A stretch of 64,000 nt of DNA from Nannocystis bainbridge (GCF_028368995.1 NZ_JAQNDL010000001.1:480001-544000), one strand, 5' to 3'; shown: positions 9,567 through 20,083, numbered from the stretch's first letter. A program made the numbers and translations. The notes: generated by a model not told the origin, from the sequence alone.

Positions 9567-10457
9567 CTACGGCCCCGGGTCGTCCCCGCCGCGGGTCTGG
9601 CGGAGCAGCCCAGGCAGCGTCCCGTAGAGGTTCGAGGCGACCAGCCGCATCAGCTGGCCGAGCTCCTCGGCCGGCAGACCGAGGGAAGTCATCAGGCGCG
9701 TGCGGGTCCGCTTCACGAGGTCGCCCCGGGCCTCGGCGAGCCAGCGCGCCGCCGTCGCGCGCGACACCCGGTAGAACGCGCCGATCTCCTCGAGCGTGAG
9801 CTGATCGTGGATCTGCAGCCGGAGCAGCGTGCGACCCCGCTTGCTGAGGTCGGCGAGGGCGGCCGCGAACGCCCGCTTGAACGCGTCGCGGTAGCTGGCC
9901 TTGAGGAACGCGAGCGCCTGGTCGTCGCCCTCGTCGGCGATCGCCTCGAGCGTCTCGTCCTCGACGGCGAGCTCCTGGCGCTTGCGCCCGAGGCTGATCG
10001 CGGTGCGCACGGCGCAGATCCGCAGCCACGCCGCCAGCGCGCCTCGCCCTCCGTAGCCCGCGAGCTTGCGCGACTCGCCGACGACGAGCTTCATCAGCAG
10101 CTCCTGCACGAGGTCCTCGACCGAAAAACGACCGCCGAGCCGGGCGACCACGTGGGTGGCCGTGGCGCGGGTCATGCGCTCGAGGATCGCCAGCGCCGGC
10201 TTGTCACCCGCGAGGCACGCGCCCACGAGGTACACGTCGGACGCGGCGAGCTCGGCGAACGCGGCGACGAGGTCGGGCTCGCCGTCGAGTCGCGGCGCGA
10301 GGGCGCTTGACCAGTGCTCGTCGCGGATCGCCAGCTCCGGCCACTTCGCGCGCGTGGCCGCTGTGGCGGCCTCGAGCTGAGCGGCGAGCTCGGCGACGTC
10401 CGTGGCAGCGAGCGTGTGCCCGGTGCGCGCGGCGAGCTGCAGGGCGAGCGCGTGCAT
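9567..10457 (-). CDS. ECF-type sigma-70 factor of the myxobacterial kinase-associated family
   Basis: DVYLVGACLAGD, EDLVQEL, YGGRGALAAWLRICAVR; region 4 LTLEEIGAFYRVSRATAARWL. Starts 2 bp after the kinase stop. Confidence 0.85.
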   Translation of the reverse strand: MHALALQLAARTGHTLAATDVAELAAQLEAATAATRAKWPELAIRDEHWSSALAPRLDGEPDLVAAFAELAASDVYLVGACLAGDKPALAILERMTRATATHVVARLGGRFSVEDLVQELLMKLVVGESRKLAGYGGRGALAAWLRICAVRTAISLGRKRQELAVEDETLEAIADEGDDQALAFLKASYRDAFKRAFAAALADLSKRGRTLLRLQIHDQLTLEEIGAFYRVSRATAARWLAEARGDLVKRTRTRLMTSLGLPAEELGQLMRLVASNLYGTLPGLLRQTRGGDDPGP

Positions 10458-10459
10458 CG

Positions 10460-13249
10460 TCAACCCGACCACCGCTGGAGCTGCTCGTGAAGGACGGCGC
10501 GCATCGCCGCGTAGGGCTCGTCCTCGCGGTCGCCGAGCGCCGCCATCGCCTTGCCCGCGAGCGCGACGGCGCGACGGCGATCGCCGCCGCGTGCCTCGAT
10601 GTCGGCCAGGATCCCCCACGCCATGGCGCGCTCCGGCGGCTCGACGTGCGCGCGCGTCCAGGCGGCGAGCGCCTGCTCGGCGGCGCTCCGCGCCTCGGCG
10701 TCACGGCCGACGTCGGACAGGCACGTGGCGAGGTTGACGTACCCGAGCGCTTGCTGGTCGGGCGGCTCCGCGGCGCGCAGCGAGAGGGCCAGCGCGCGCT
10801 CGTAGTGGGGGATCGCGGCCGAGCAGCGCTCTCGCTCCTGCTCGACCAGGCCGAGTTGATTCTCCAGCTGGGACTGCAGCCCCGGCTCGTCGAGGCGAGT
10901 ACCCGCGAGCGTAGCGAGCGCTCGCTCGGCCAGCCGCTGGGCGCGCTCGAGGTCGCCCCACCTCGACGCCAGATCGGCCAACGCGGTGTCCGCCACCACG
11001 ACCTCGAACGAAGCCTCGCCATGGACGGCGGCGAAGATCTTCCGCGTGCGATCGAAGTGACGCTCGGCGTCCTCGAGCTCGCCGCTCGCGCGCTCGAGAC
11101 GCGCCAGGTCGTGCAGCGTCTGGCCGACCGTGGGATGCATGGGCCCGAGCGCGGCCTCCTCGATCTCGAGCGCACGCCGGAGCTCGGCCGCCCCCTCGGC
11201 GATCCGATCGAGCCTGCCGAGCGCCGTGCCGAGCGCAGCGACGGCGCTGGCGAGGGCGACGCGACGCGACGGATCGCGCCCGGCCGCGAGCTCGAGCCGC
11301 GCGATGCCCCGGCGATAATGCACGATCGCCTCGTCGGTCCGCCCGAGCTGGAGCAGGGCATCGGCGCGCAACAGCTCGATGCCCTCGCTGCGAGGCAAGC
11401 CCCGCGCTGCGAACGCCTCGACGGCGTCGCAGACGACGAGGGCATCGGCGGCGCGATGATCGTCGATCAGGACCAGGGCCTCGAGCATCAGCGCCGCCAC
11501 CAGGAGGTCGTCCTCTCGCGCGTGGCTCGCCGCGCGGGCTGCCGCCCTCGCGTGGTCGCGCGCTGCGGTGCGCGCGTGGGCATCGAGCTCGATCCGCGCG
11601 ACCGCCAGCAGGGCCGCGGCCCTCGGCCCTGGCGAGGTCGTGCGCTCGGCTTGCGCGAGCACCTCGGGCGCGTGCACCAACGCCTCCTCCCAGCGCCCCG
11701 ACCGCTGGAGCGCGTCGATCTTCGCGGTGGACGCGAGCAGCGAGGCCGACCCCGGCGAGGTCGTGTCACGAGCGTCGACGCACTCGGCCGGGCTCGGCAA
11801 AGCGGCGACGGCGGCGGTCGCATGATCGACGACGCTGGCGTCGGCCTGCTCCCACACCGCCAGCTGGGCGCGGAGCTCTCCGAGCTGTCGGTCGAGGCAG
11901 CTCGACCGCGCCGCGCGGGCCGGCCCGGCCACGCAGGCCGATCGTCGCAGGAGCCGCCACGCGTCGCTCCACTGCCCGATCTGCGCGGTGATCGCGGTGA
12001 TCGTCGCTGCGCTGCGCTCGGGCGCGGCCGCGGTGAACCGCCGCGCCAGGGTCGCCTGCGCCTCCGCGTGCCACACGGTATCGACGAGGTCATCACCGCA
12101 CGGCGCTTCAGGTCGCGCGAGGGGAGCGAGCAGCCCCACGCCGATCGCCCCCGCCACGATCGCGGCCGCGGCCGTCGAGATCACCCTGCGACGCGTGCGA
12201 CGAACGCCCCGCTCGAGCGCGTCGAGCATGGTCGCCAGATCGGGCCACCGCCGCGCCGGGTCGACGGCGAGGCCGCGTCGCACGGCGCGATCGAGCCACG
12301 CGGGGATCCGTCGCGCACCACGGCGGATCCGTCCGCCCGCCATCTCGCGCCACATCGCCTCGGGCGAGCTGCCCGCGAACGGGTGGCTGTCATGCAGCGC
12401 CTCGTACAGGGTGATCGCAAACGCGTATTGATCGGTGCGCGCGTCGTGACCACGAACCACGGGCGTGCCCGTCTCTCCCGCTGACGGCAGGAGCATGCCG
12501 GTCAGCTCGGGCGCGAGATAGGCGGGGGTCCCGGTGAGCGCGCCGGTCGTGGCATGGAGGGCGTAGACCGGGACGGGCAGCCCCGTGCTCATCGGCGCGT
12601 CGATCGGGCGCGCCAGCCCGAAGTCGGCCACGCGAGGGCGTCCCTCCCGATCGACGAGGATGTTCTCGGGCTTGAAGTCGCGGTGCAGGAGCCCTCCGGC
12701 GTGGGCGGCCGCGAGGCCACGACCGGCGGCGGCGACGACCTGCACGATCTCTCGCCAGCCCCGCGCTCGCTCGCGCAACCAGGCCCGCAGGGTCGCGCCT
12801 TCGATCCATTCCATGACGAGGAAGGTCTCGCCTCTCACGTCGACGATCTCGTGCACCGCGACGACGTTCGGGTGCTGGAGCTGCGCCGCGGCGCGGGCCT
12901 CACGGATGAGATACGCGCGGCCGCCCGCGACCTCGGCGACCCTGGCGTGCAGGCGCTTCAGCGCGACCGGCCGCGCGAGCTCGAGATCGTCGCCCCGGAA
13001 CACCTCGCCCATGGCTCCGCGCCCGATCGCCGCGCGGACCTGATAGCGGCCGATCTGCGCGCCGACGAGGCTGCGGGCTCCCTCGTGCGCCGGGCTCGAG
13101 TGCAGGCGGATCATGGCCGCCAGCAGCCGCCGACACGACGCGCACTCGTCGACGTGGTCCTCGATCTCGAGTCGCGCAGGCTCCGCGAGCGTGGCGCCCA
13201 CGAAGGCCTGCGCGCGCTGCTCGTCGATGCACCCCGCGGGCACGGGCAT
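10460..13249 (-). CDS. Ser/Thr protein kinase with N-terminal HxxxCxxC zinc finger, TM helix and TPR repeats
   Basis: DHVDECASC; IGRGAMGEV, VALK, HRDFKPEN, DFGLA, GTPAYLAPE; TM segment; TPR-like helical C-terminus. Confidence 0.93.
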   Translation of the reverse strand: MPVPAGCIDEQRAQAFVGATLAEPARLEIEDHVDECASCRRLLAAMIRLHSSPAHEGARSLVGAQIGRYQVRAAIGRGAMGEVFRGDDLELARPVALKRLHARVAEVAGGRAYLIREARAAAQLQHPNVVAVHEIVDVRGETFLVMEWIEGATLRAWLRERARGWREIVQVVAAAGRGLAAAHAGGLLHRDFKPENILVDREGRPRVADFGLARPIDAPMSTGLPVPVYALHATTGALTGTPAYLAPELTGMLLPSAGETGTPVVRGHDARTDQYAFAITLYEALHDSHPFAGSSPEAMWREMAGGRIRRGARRIPAWLDRAVRRGLAVDPARRWPDLATMLDALERGVRRTRRRVISTAAAAIVAGAIGVGLLAPLARPEAPCGDDLVDTVWHAEAQATLARRFTAAAPERSAATITAITAQIGQWSDAWRLLRRSACVAGPARAARSSCLDRQLGELRAQLAVWEQADASVVDHATAAVAALPSPAECVDARDTTSPGSASLLASTAKIDALQRSGRWEEALVHAPEVLAQAERTTSPGPRAAALLAVARIELDAHARTAARDHARAAARAASHAREDDLLVAALMLEALVLIDDHRAADALVVCDAVEAFAARGLPRSEGIELLRADALLQLGRTDEAIVHYRRGIARLELAAGRDPSRRVALASAVAALGTALGRLDRIAEGAAELRRALEIEEAALGPMHPTVGQTLHDLARLERASGELEDAERHFDRTRKIFAAVHGEASFEVVVADTALADLASRWGDLERAQRLAERALATLAGTRLDEPGLQSQLENQLGLVEQERERCSAAIPHYERALALSLRAAEPPDQQALGYVNLATCLSDVGRDAEARSAAEQALAAWTRAHVEPPERAMAWGILADIEARGGDRRRAVALAGKAMAALGDREDEPYAAMRAVLHEQLQRWSG

Positions 13250-13480
13250 ACCTATACCGAGGCCGCGCGAGGTCGACCATCGCTACCTCGCGCGCCGAAG
13301 GGTCCGCTCGCGGGACCGCTTCCAGCGGTGCGCGTGCTCGGGCAGTTCCCTCACGCCTCCCGGGCGCCCGCGGCCGCTCCGACGAACCCCGGCCGCATGC
13401 TCCGGCCTCCACGAGGCGAGCATGGAGCTCGGCAGGCGGCGCCGGTGGGTGCACCCCACGGGCGGTGAGGCCGAGGCGAT

Positions 13481-13689
13481 CCCCGCCTGCTCGCGCGAGG
13501 CCGGCCGCGCCCAGCCTCGACTTCGGCGCATCGCGCGTGAGCCCGCGTCGTGCGGCCCTCACCGATCTTTTCATGTTACCTCGAATTGAAACCCCCGCCG
13601 CTCCGACCCCGCGGTCGACGTGCCGAACCACGACGTCGGCGCGCGACCACGCCATGCTCCCTCATCCCTTCTCTCCTCTGCACCGTCGC
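13481..13689 (+). repeat. Degenerate direct copy of 14818..15054 (upstream region and first codons of the lipoprotein gene at 14999)
   Basis: Colinear shared blocks: ccccgcctgc, cctcgacttcg, gagcccgcgtcg, ccgatcttttt/ccgatcttttc, gaattgaaac, ccgcggtcga.gtgccgaaccacga.gtcggcgcgcgacca, ccctcatccct, tctcctctgcaccgtcgc. Confidence 0.85.
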
Positions 13690-13837
13690 ATCGACGAAAT
13701 TCTCCCTTAGACCCGCTCGAGCGCCGCGCTACCCTTCGCGGGTGGCGCGTCGTCACGCCTTCGTCGTTCAGCACAATCGTGGTCACGGCGCGCGCGCATA
13801 CCCGCGTGGCAGCGAAAGAAGAGAGAGAGAATCACGC

Positions 13838-14722
13838 ATGACACACAAAGCGACTGTCTCCATTCTCGGCTTGGGTCAAATGGGCGCCGCCCTGGCGCGC
13901 GCCTACATCGACGCTGGTCATCCAGTCACCGTATGGAACCGGAGCCCTGGCAAAGCGGAGCCGTTTCAGGGCCGGGCGAGCGTGGCCGCGACGCCCGAGC
14001 AGGCGTGCGGCGCGAGCGACCTGACGATCCTCTCGCTGGCTGATTACGCGGCGTGCGACCAGGTCCTCCGCACGCCCCTCGTGGCGGCGGCCGCGAAGGG
14101 CCGCACGCTGGTCCAGCTGACGAGCGGCACGCCAAGCGACGCCCGCAGCGGGGCCACGTGGGCCGCGAGCCTCGGGATCGACTACCTCGACGGTTGCATC
14201 CTGGCGTACCCCAGCTACATCGGCGGTGAGGGGACGGCGGTGTTCTACTCCGGCCCCAGGGACCTTTACGAGCGCCACCAGTCGACGCTGCGGGTCATCG
14301 GCGGCGCCACCTCGCACGTCGGCGAGCCGATCGGGGCCGCGGCAGCGCTCGACTGCGCCCTGCTGGGCAGCTACTACGGCGCCACCCTGGCGGTCCTGCA
14401 GGGCGCGGCGATCTGCGCGTCGGAGGAGTTCCCGCTCGACGCTTACTTCGAGAAGTTCCAGGCGATCATGCCGCTCATCTCGATCACCGCCGACATGTGC
14501 AAGAAGATGCTGTCCACCGGCAACTTCAAGGGCACCGATTGCACGCTGGACATTCATACGAACGCCCTCCGCCACATCGTGCGCCTCAACCGGGAGAACG
14601 ACCTCGACGGGCGGCTCCCCGAGCTGGCCCTGACCTACTTCGAACGGGCGTTGCAGCTCGGTCACGGCACCGATGAAATGGCCGCCGTGTTCAACGCGCT
14701 CCAGGGCTCGACCCGGCGCTGA
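13838..14722 (+). CDS. NAD(P)-dependent oxidoreductase, imine reductase/beta-hydroxyacid dehydrogenase family
   Basis: ILGLGQMGAALA, VTVWNRSPGK, VQLTSGTP, YLDGCILAYP. Confidence 0.9.
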   Translation: MTHKATVSILGLGQMGAALARAYIDAGHPVTVWNRSPGKAEPFQGRASVAATPEQACGASDLTILSLADYAACDQVLRTPLVAAAAKGRTLVQLTSGTPSDARSGATWAASLGIDYLDGCILAYPSYIGGEGTAVFYSGPRDLYERHQSTLRVIGGATSHVGEPIGAAAALDCALLGSYYGATLAVLQGAAICASEEFPLDAYFEKFQAIMPLISITADMCKKMLSTGNFKGTDCTLDIHTNALRHIVRLNRENDLDGRLPELALTYFERALQLGHGTDEMAAVFNALQGSTRR

Positions 14723-14998
14723 TCGATCCTGAGCGCCGTGCCCCGCGGGCGCGCCACACCGATACGCCCGCCGGGGCCCGGCTCACGATCGCTGCCGGGC
14801 CTCCCCACGGCGGCGAGCCCCGCCTGCTGCGCGAGCCCGGCCTCGACTTCGCAGATCCGGCGCGAGCCCGCGTCGTCCGGCCCTCGCACCCGCCCTCGCA
14901 GACCCCGCGCCGATCTTTTTCACGTCCTGGTGAATTGAAACGCCCGCCGTCTCCGACTCCGCGGTCGAGGTGCCGAACCACGAGGTCGGCGCGCGACC

Positions 14999-16531
14999 AT
15001 GCTCTTCACGAAATCACCCTCATCCCTCCTATCCTCTCTCCTCTGCACCGTCGCGCTGACAGCGGGCTGCGGCGAACTCGAGGACTCGTTCGCCGACGAG
15101 GACGACGCGATCGCGCTGCGGCCCGTCCTGCTTCCGAGCGACCCGGCGACCGTCACCACCCACGTGCCCTGCGTCGACGCCGACACCTTCGACGGCACCG
15201 AGGCGGTGATCCGCTACCCGCGGGGTCTGGGCAATTGCCTGACCACCGTGCCGAACAGCCCGCTCGTGCTCGTGATGCACGGGACGGGCTATCCTCACGA
15301 CTCCTACGATTACCTGCTCGACCATCTCGCGGCCAACGGCTTCATCGTCGTCAGCACCGCCGAGATCGCGTCCAACGACACCGTCACCGCGTACGGTGAT
15401 GCCGCCCTGGCGGTCGAGGGCTTCCTGGACGCCTTGCTCGACGAGTGGGCCCTGGCCGGCTTCATCGACCCGACGCGGCTCGCGCTCGTCGGCCACAGCA
15501 AGGGCGGCAAGCTCGCGCGCTACGTCGCCGACCAGCTCAAGGGCGGCGCCGATCCATGGACCGTGCGCGCGGTCGTCAGCCTCTCGGGCAACGGCCGCGC
15601 CGACATGCAGGTCGAGGCCGACATGACCCCCGCGCTGCTCATCCTGCAGGCCGCCGAGGACTCCGACGTCGAGCCCGACGCCAATTTCGAGGTGTACGAC
15701 CTCGCCGGCACCGAGGGCGCCATCCCGCCGGCGGGCCCGTCAGGGCTGACGAAGGTGATGAAGCTGATCGAGGGCGGGCATCACCACCGCTTCTCGCAGT
15801 CGCTCGGCCTCCACGCGCAGGCGCACGTCAGCAAGGGCTACCTCCTCGCGTTCCTGGCCGCGCACGTGCGCAACAACTGGACCTGGTACGAAGCATACAT
15901 TCGCGGCGATGCCATCCCGTACGGCTGGCCCGAGCGCGTCGTCACCCAGTACAGCGACGGCGTCCAGCGCGACGTGGTCGACAACTTCGAGGACGGCCTC
16001 GTCGGCGCCTCGGCGATGGACGGCGCGGTCACCGTGAGCAACGCCGTGACCTCGATCTTCGACCTCGAGGCCGCCGGCGACGCGTTCCAGGGCGAGACCC
16101 TCGCGCTCGAGATGTCCGGCAACGCCGAGGGCAGCTCGATCACCTGGTTTATCCCCGAGGAGCACCGCGACACCGCCGATTTCGCGTGGCTGTCCTTCCG
16201 CATCGCCCAGGTCGACGGCTCGGCCTCGAGCTACCTGCGGTTCCAGATCAGCAATGACAACGTCTGGTCGGCGGAGCAGATCGTCGGCGACCACGGCACG
16301 ATCGCCACGCCGATGGAGATGTGCCCGCCGTCGCAGATCCCGTACGGTCCGGGCGCCGCCTGCTGGCCGAGCGGGTTATTCCACCACCTCGGCACGGTGC
16401 GGATCCCGCTGGCCGAATTCGGCGCGCACGACGACATCGATCGCGTGCGCCTGATCTTCCGCGGCCGGTCGGTCGAAAAGACCTACCTCCTCGACAGCCT
16501 CGAATTCAGCGGCGACGACGATCTGCCCTGA
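14999..16531 (+). CDS. Lipoprotein alpha/beta hydrolase (chlorophyllase/cutinase-like) with C-terminal beta-rich domain
   Basis: Lipobox ALTAGC, VLVMHGTG, YDYLLDHLAANGFIVVS, nucleophile elbow GHSKGG, candidate Asp (DSDV) and His (GGHH). Confidence 0.85.
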   Translation: MLFTKSPSSLLSSLLCTVALTAGCGELEDSFADEDDAIALRPVLLPSDPATVTTHVPCVDADTFDGTEAVIRYPRGLGNCLTTVPNSPLVLVMHGTGYPHDSYDYLLDHLAANGFIVVSTAEIASNDTVTAYGDAALAVEGFLDALLDEWALAGFIDPTRLALVGHSKGGKLARYVADQLKGGADPWTVRAVVSLSGNGRADMQVEADMTPALLILQAAEDSDVEPDANFEVYDLAGTEGAIPPAGPSGLTKVMKLIEGGHHHRFSQSLGLHAQAHVSKGYLLAFLAAHVRNNWTWYEAYIRGDAIPYGWPERVVTQYSDGVQRDVVDNFEDGLVGASAMDGAVTVSNAVTSIFDLEAAGDAFQGETLALEMSGNAEGSSITWFIPEEHRDTADFAWLSFRIAQVDGSASSYLRFQISNDNVWSAEQIVGDHGTIATPMEMCPPSQIPYGPGAACWPSGLFHHLGTVRIPLAEFGAHDDIDRVRLIFRGRSVEKTYLLDSLEFSGDDDLP

Positions 16532-16612
16532 ATCGCACGAGTCCCTGAGGTCCTTTCATTGTCCCGGTTTTTGGCCTGGCGAGACGATGATCCTTTCACA
16601 GCCGAGACGACG

Positions 16613-19600
16613 ATGCGCACCATGACCGAGGATCGAAATCGCGACCGCCGGGCGCGCCGGCGGGGGTGGGCGGAGCTGGCGGGTCGTTTCCTGGACCTCG
16701 GGGCGGCGCTCCGTCGTGGTTGCGCGCGGGTCGGCGCCCAAGTAACACCGATGCGCATGGTCCGTGGGCCGCAGCGGGGCGACACGCCGAGAGTCGGGCC
16801 AGGCCGCGCGCCGGAGGACGGCCACGGACCTCCGTCGCCGCCGGGCGCGAGCGGCTCGACCTCGACCGCTGCGGAGCTCGAGCCCGGCTGGGCGATGCGA
16901 AGCACTCTGGAGCCGCCGCTCGGCTCCCCGTCGGCCTGGGCGAGCCGCAGCACCCTCGGCCAGCCGCCGGGGCCGCGACCCGAGCACGACCTCGGCGGCC
17001 CGCACCTCAAGGAGCTCATCCTCTCGCGCCTGTTCGTCCGCGAGGCCGGCCCGCCGCGGATCGGCCGCTTCTCGCTCCTGCAATTGCTGGGCGAGGGCGG
17101 CATGGGGGTGGTGTTCGCCGCCTACGACGAGGACCTCGATCGCAAGGTCGCGATCAAGGTATTGCGCGCCCAGGCGACCGCGCAGCCCGACCGGCTCCGC
17201 GCCCGCATGCTGCGCGAGGCCCGGCTGATGGCCCAGCTGTCGCACACCAACGTGATCACGGTCCACGAGGTCGGCGAACACGAGGGGCAGGTCTTCATCG
17301 CCATGGAGTTCGTGCGCGGGCAGCCGCTGGACGCCTGGCTCGCGGCCTGTCGCGCGCGCACCGGCGGGGCCCGCTGGCACGATCTGCTCGGGCCGTTCGT
17401 CCAGGCCGGCGCTGGGCTGGTCGCGGCTCACCGCGCCGGGCTGGTCCACCGCGACTTCAAGCCGCAGAACGTGATCGTGCGCAGCGACGGCGTGGTCAAG
17501 GTCCTCGACTTCGGCCTCGCCTGCGCGGCGCCGCAGGACGACCGCGTAGCGACGACCGCGGACGATCACGAGCGCGAGGCCGCGACGACCTGCGAGCGGC
17601 TGACCCAGACCGGGGCCGTGATGGGCACGCCGACGTACATGGCCCCGGAGCAGCACCTCGGGATCCCGGCCGACGAGCGCAGCGACCAGTTCAGCTTTTG
17701 CGTCGCGCTCTACGAGGCGCTCTACGGCCAGCATCCGTTCGGCGGGTCGACTCTGGAGGCGCTGCGCCGGGCGGTGCTCGCCGGCCACGTCCGCGAGCCG
17801 CCGCCCGGGTCGCCGGTCCCGCTGCGGATCCGTCGCCTGCTGATGCGCGGGCTGGCGGCGCGCCCGGAAGCCCGTCACCCCTCGTTCGCCGGGCTGCTGG
17901 AGGCGCTCGCGGCCGACCCGGCGGGCGCCCGGCGCCGCTGGCTGGCCGTCGGCGGGCTCGTGCTCGCCGCTTCGGCCGCGACCTGGGTCCTGGCGAGTCG
18001 CGGCGCGGAGGCGGAGCCGCCGTGCTCGGGGGTCGCACACGAGCTCGCCGAGGTGTGGAGCGACGAGCGCCAGGCCGCGATCACGACCGCGATCCAGGCG
18101 ACCGGGCTGCCCTACGCCGAAGCCACCTGGCAGCGCGTCGCGCCGACGCTCGACGCCTACGCCCACGATTGGACGGCCATGCGCGCCGCCTCGTGCCGGG
18201 CGCACTTCGACGCGCTCGAGTCCGATCGCCACTACGACCTGCGGACCGCGTGCCTGGTCCGCCGCCGCGTCGCGCTCGCCACGATGGTCTCGGCGCTCGC
18301 CGAGGCGCGACCCGCCGACCTCGAGAACATGGCGCAGGCAACGTCGGCCCTGCCCCCGCTCGCCGCCTGCGGCGACACCGAGGCGCTCGCGGCCGCCGTG
18401 CCGCCCCCGGAGGACCCGGCGGTCGCCCGCGCGGTCGAGGTGCACCGCGGCGCCCTGGCGCAGGCCGACGCCTACGAGGCGCTGGGACGCCACGAAGACG
18501 CGCGCGCCCTGGTCGCGCCGGTGCTCGCCTCGCAAGAGGTCAAGGCGTACGCGCCGCTGGAAGCCGAGGCCCGGCTGTCGCTCGGCACCGTCGAGCTGAC
18601 CGCGCTGCGCTACGGCGCCGCCGTCGAGGCGCTGACGCAGGCGCTGGAGACCTCGCTGCGCGCGGGTCACCTGGCCGTCGCGGCGGAGGCGTTCGCCCGC
18701 CGGATCTTCGTCCAGGGCCAGACCGGCAGGGGCAAGGAGGCGCTCCAGGACGTGCCGCTGGCGCGAGCGCTGGTCGAGTGGTCGGGGGACGATCAGCTCC
18801 GCTGGCTGCTGCTCAACAACACCGGCATGACCTACTACGCCCTCGATCGGCACAGCGAGGCGCAAGAGAGCATGCTCGCGGCCCTGGCGACCAAGGAGAG
18901 GCTCGGCGACCTCGACTTCGAATACGGGGTGACGCTCACCAATGTGGGCATGGTGTCGCTCGCGCTCGGCGATCTTCGCGGCGCGCGGGGCTACCTCGCC
19001 CGCAGCCTCGAGCGCGACGAGGGAGCGCTCGGCACCGACCACCCCAGGGTCGCGCTGGCCAGGTTGGGCCTCGCCGCGGTCGAGCTCCACGCCGGCCGCT
19101 ACGACGCGGCCCTGGCCGGCATGCGAGCGGCGATCGCGTCGCTGGTGCGCGTCCACGGCCCGTCGTCCGAGGTCCTGTTGAACTGTTTCTTGCAGCTCGC
19201 GGACCTGAGCAACCGGCGCGGCGCCCATGCAGGGGCCCTGGCGTACACCGACCAGGCTGCCGCGATCCGGGCCGCGCACGACCTCGAGGGCAACCCGATC
19301 CTCGTCAACCTGTTCATGCAGCGCGCGGCGGCCCTCGAAGGCCTGGGACGCTCCGAGGAGGCCACGGCGGAGCTCCAGGCGGGCCTCGCGGTCTTCGAGG
19401 CGGGGCCCAGCCCGGCGCACGCCGCCTGGATTCACGACGCGAGCGGGCGGCTCTCGCTGCAGCGCGGCGACGCCGGCGGGGCGCTGGCCGCATTCCGGCG
19501 CGCGCGAGTCCTCCACGCGGGCGCGCCGAGCCCGATGCCCTACCTCCTCGCGGCCACAGACATCCGGATCGCCACCGCCTTGCGCGCCGCGGGCGACCGC

Positions 19601-19996
19601 GTCGCGGCCCTCGAGCTGGCCTCGCGCGCGCTGGCGCAGCTGCTCGCCACCCCGCAGCGACATCACGTCGTGATGATGGCCGAGCTCCGGCTCGAGGTCG
19701 GCGACCTCCTGCTCGCCGCGGGGCGTGTCACCGAGGCGCGCGAGCAGTTCGAGACGGCCCACCGTGACCTCGCCGCGACCGCCGAGCCCCACAATCCCTG
19801 GTTGGCGCGGCTCGAGTTCGCCATGGCACGGGCGCTGATGAAAGGACCCGCGGGCGAACGGCCTCGCGCCGAATCGCTCGCGCGCGGCGCCCTGGCCACG
19901 TTGCGCCGCCACGCGCCCGGCTTCGAACCCGAAGCAGAGGCCGTGGAAGGCTTCCTCCGCCAGGAATTCAAGAATTCGACCGGGCGGGCCAATTGA
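16613..19996 (+). CDS. Ser/Thr protein kinase with TM helix and TPR repeats
   Basis: LGEGGMGVV, VAIK, HRDFKPQN, DFGLA, GTPTYMAPE; TPR-like C-terminus. Start uncertain (16559-16894). Confidence 0.92.
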   Translation: MRTMTEDRNRDRRARRRGWAELAGRFLDLGAALRRGCARVGAQVTPMRMVRGPQRGDTPRVGPGRAPEDGHGPPSPPGASGSTSTAAELEPGWAMRSTLEPPLGSPSAWASRSTLGQPPGPRPEHDLGGPHLKELILSRLFVREAGPPRIGRFSLLQLLGEGGMGVVFAAYDEDLDRKVAIKVLRAQATAQPDRLRARMLREARLMAQLSHTNVITVHEVGEHEGQVFIAMEFVRGQPLDAWLAACRARTGGARWHDLLGPFVQAGAGLVAAHRAGLVHRDFKPQNVIVRSDGVVKVLDFGLACAAPQDDRVATTADDHEREAATTCERLTQTGAVMGTPTYMAPEQHLGIPADERSDQFSFCVALYEALYGQHPFGGSTLEALRRAVLAGHVREPPPGSPVPLRIRRLLMRGLAARPEARHPSFAGLLEALAADPAGARRRWLAVGGLVLAASAATWVLASRGAEAEPPCSGVAHELAEVWSDERQAAITTAIQATGLPYAEATWQRVAPTLDAYAHDWTAMRAASCRAHFDALESDRHYDLRTACLVRRRVALATMVSALAEARPADLENMAQATSALPPLAACGDTEALAAAVPPPEDPAVARAVEVHRGALAQADAYEALGRHEDARALVAPVLASQEVKAYAPLEAEARLSLGTVELTALRYGAAVEALTQALETSLRAGHLAVAAEAFARRIFVQGQTGRGKEALQDVPLARALVEWSGDDQLRWLLLNNTGMTYYALDRHSEAQESMLAALATKERLGDLDFEYGVTLTNVGMVSLALGDLRGARGYLARSLERDEGALGTDHPRVALARLGLAAVELHAGRYDAALAGMRAAIASLVRVHGPSSEVLLNCFLQLADLSNRRGAHAGALAYTDQAAAIRAAHDLEGNPILVNLFMQRAAALEGLGRSEEATAELQAGLAVFEAGPSPAHAAWIHDASGRLSLQRGDAGGALAAFRRARVLHAGAPSPMPYLLAATDIRIATALRAAGDRVAALELASRALAQLLATPQRHHVVMMAELRLEVGDLLLAAGRVTEAREQFETAHRDLAATAEPHNPWLARLEFAMARALMKGPAGERPRAESLARGALATLRRHAPGFEPEAEAVEGFLRQEFKNSTGRAN

Positions 19997-20083
19997 AACC
20001 GCCGACCCACCGATAAGGAGCGGCACAGACCGCGCGGACCGCCGAGTGCCCGGGCGCGGACCTGCTCAAGGAGACTTCGACCC

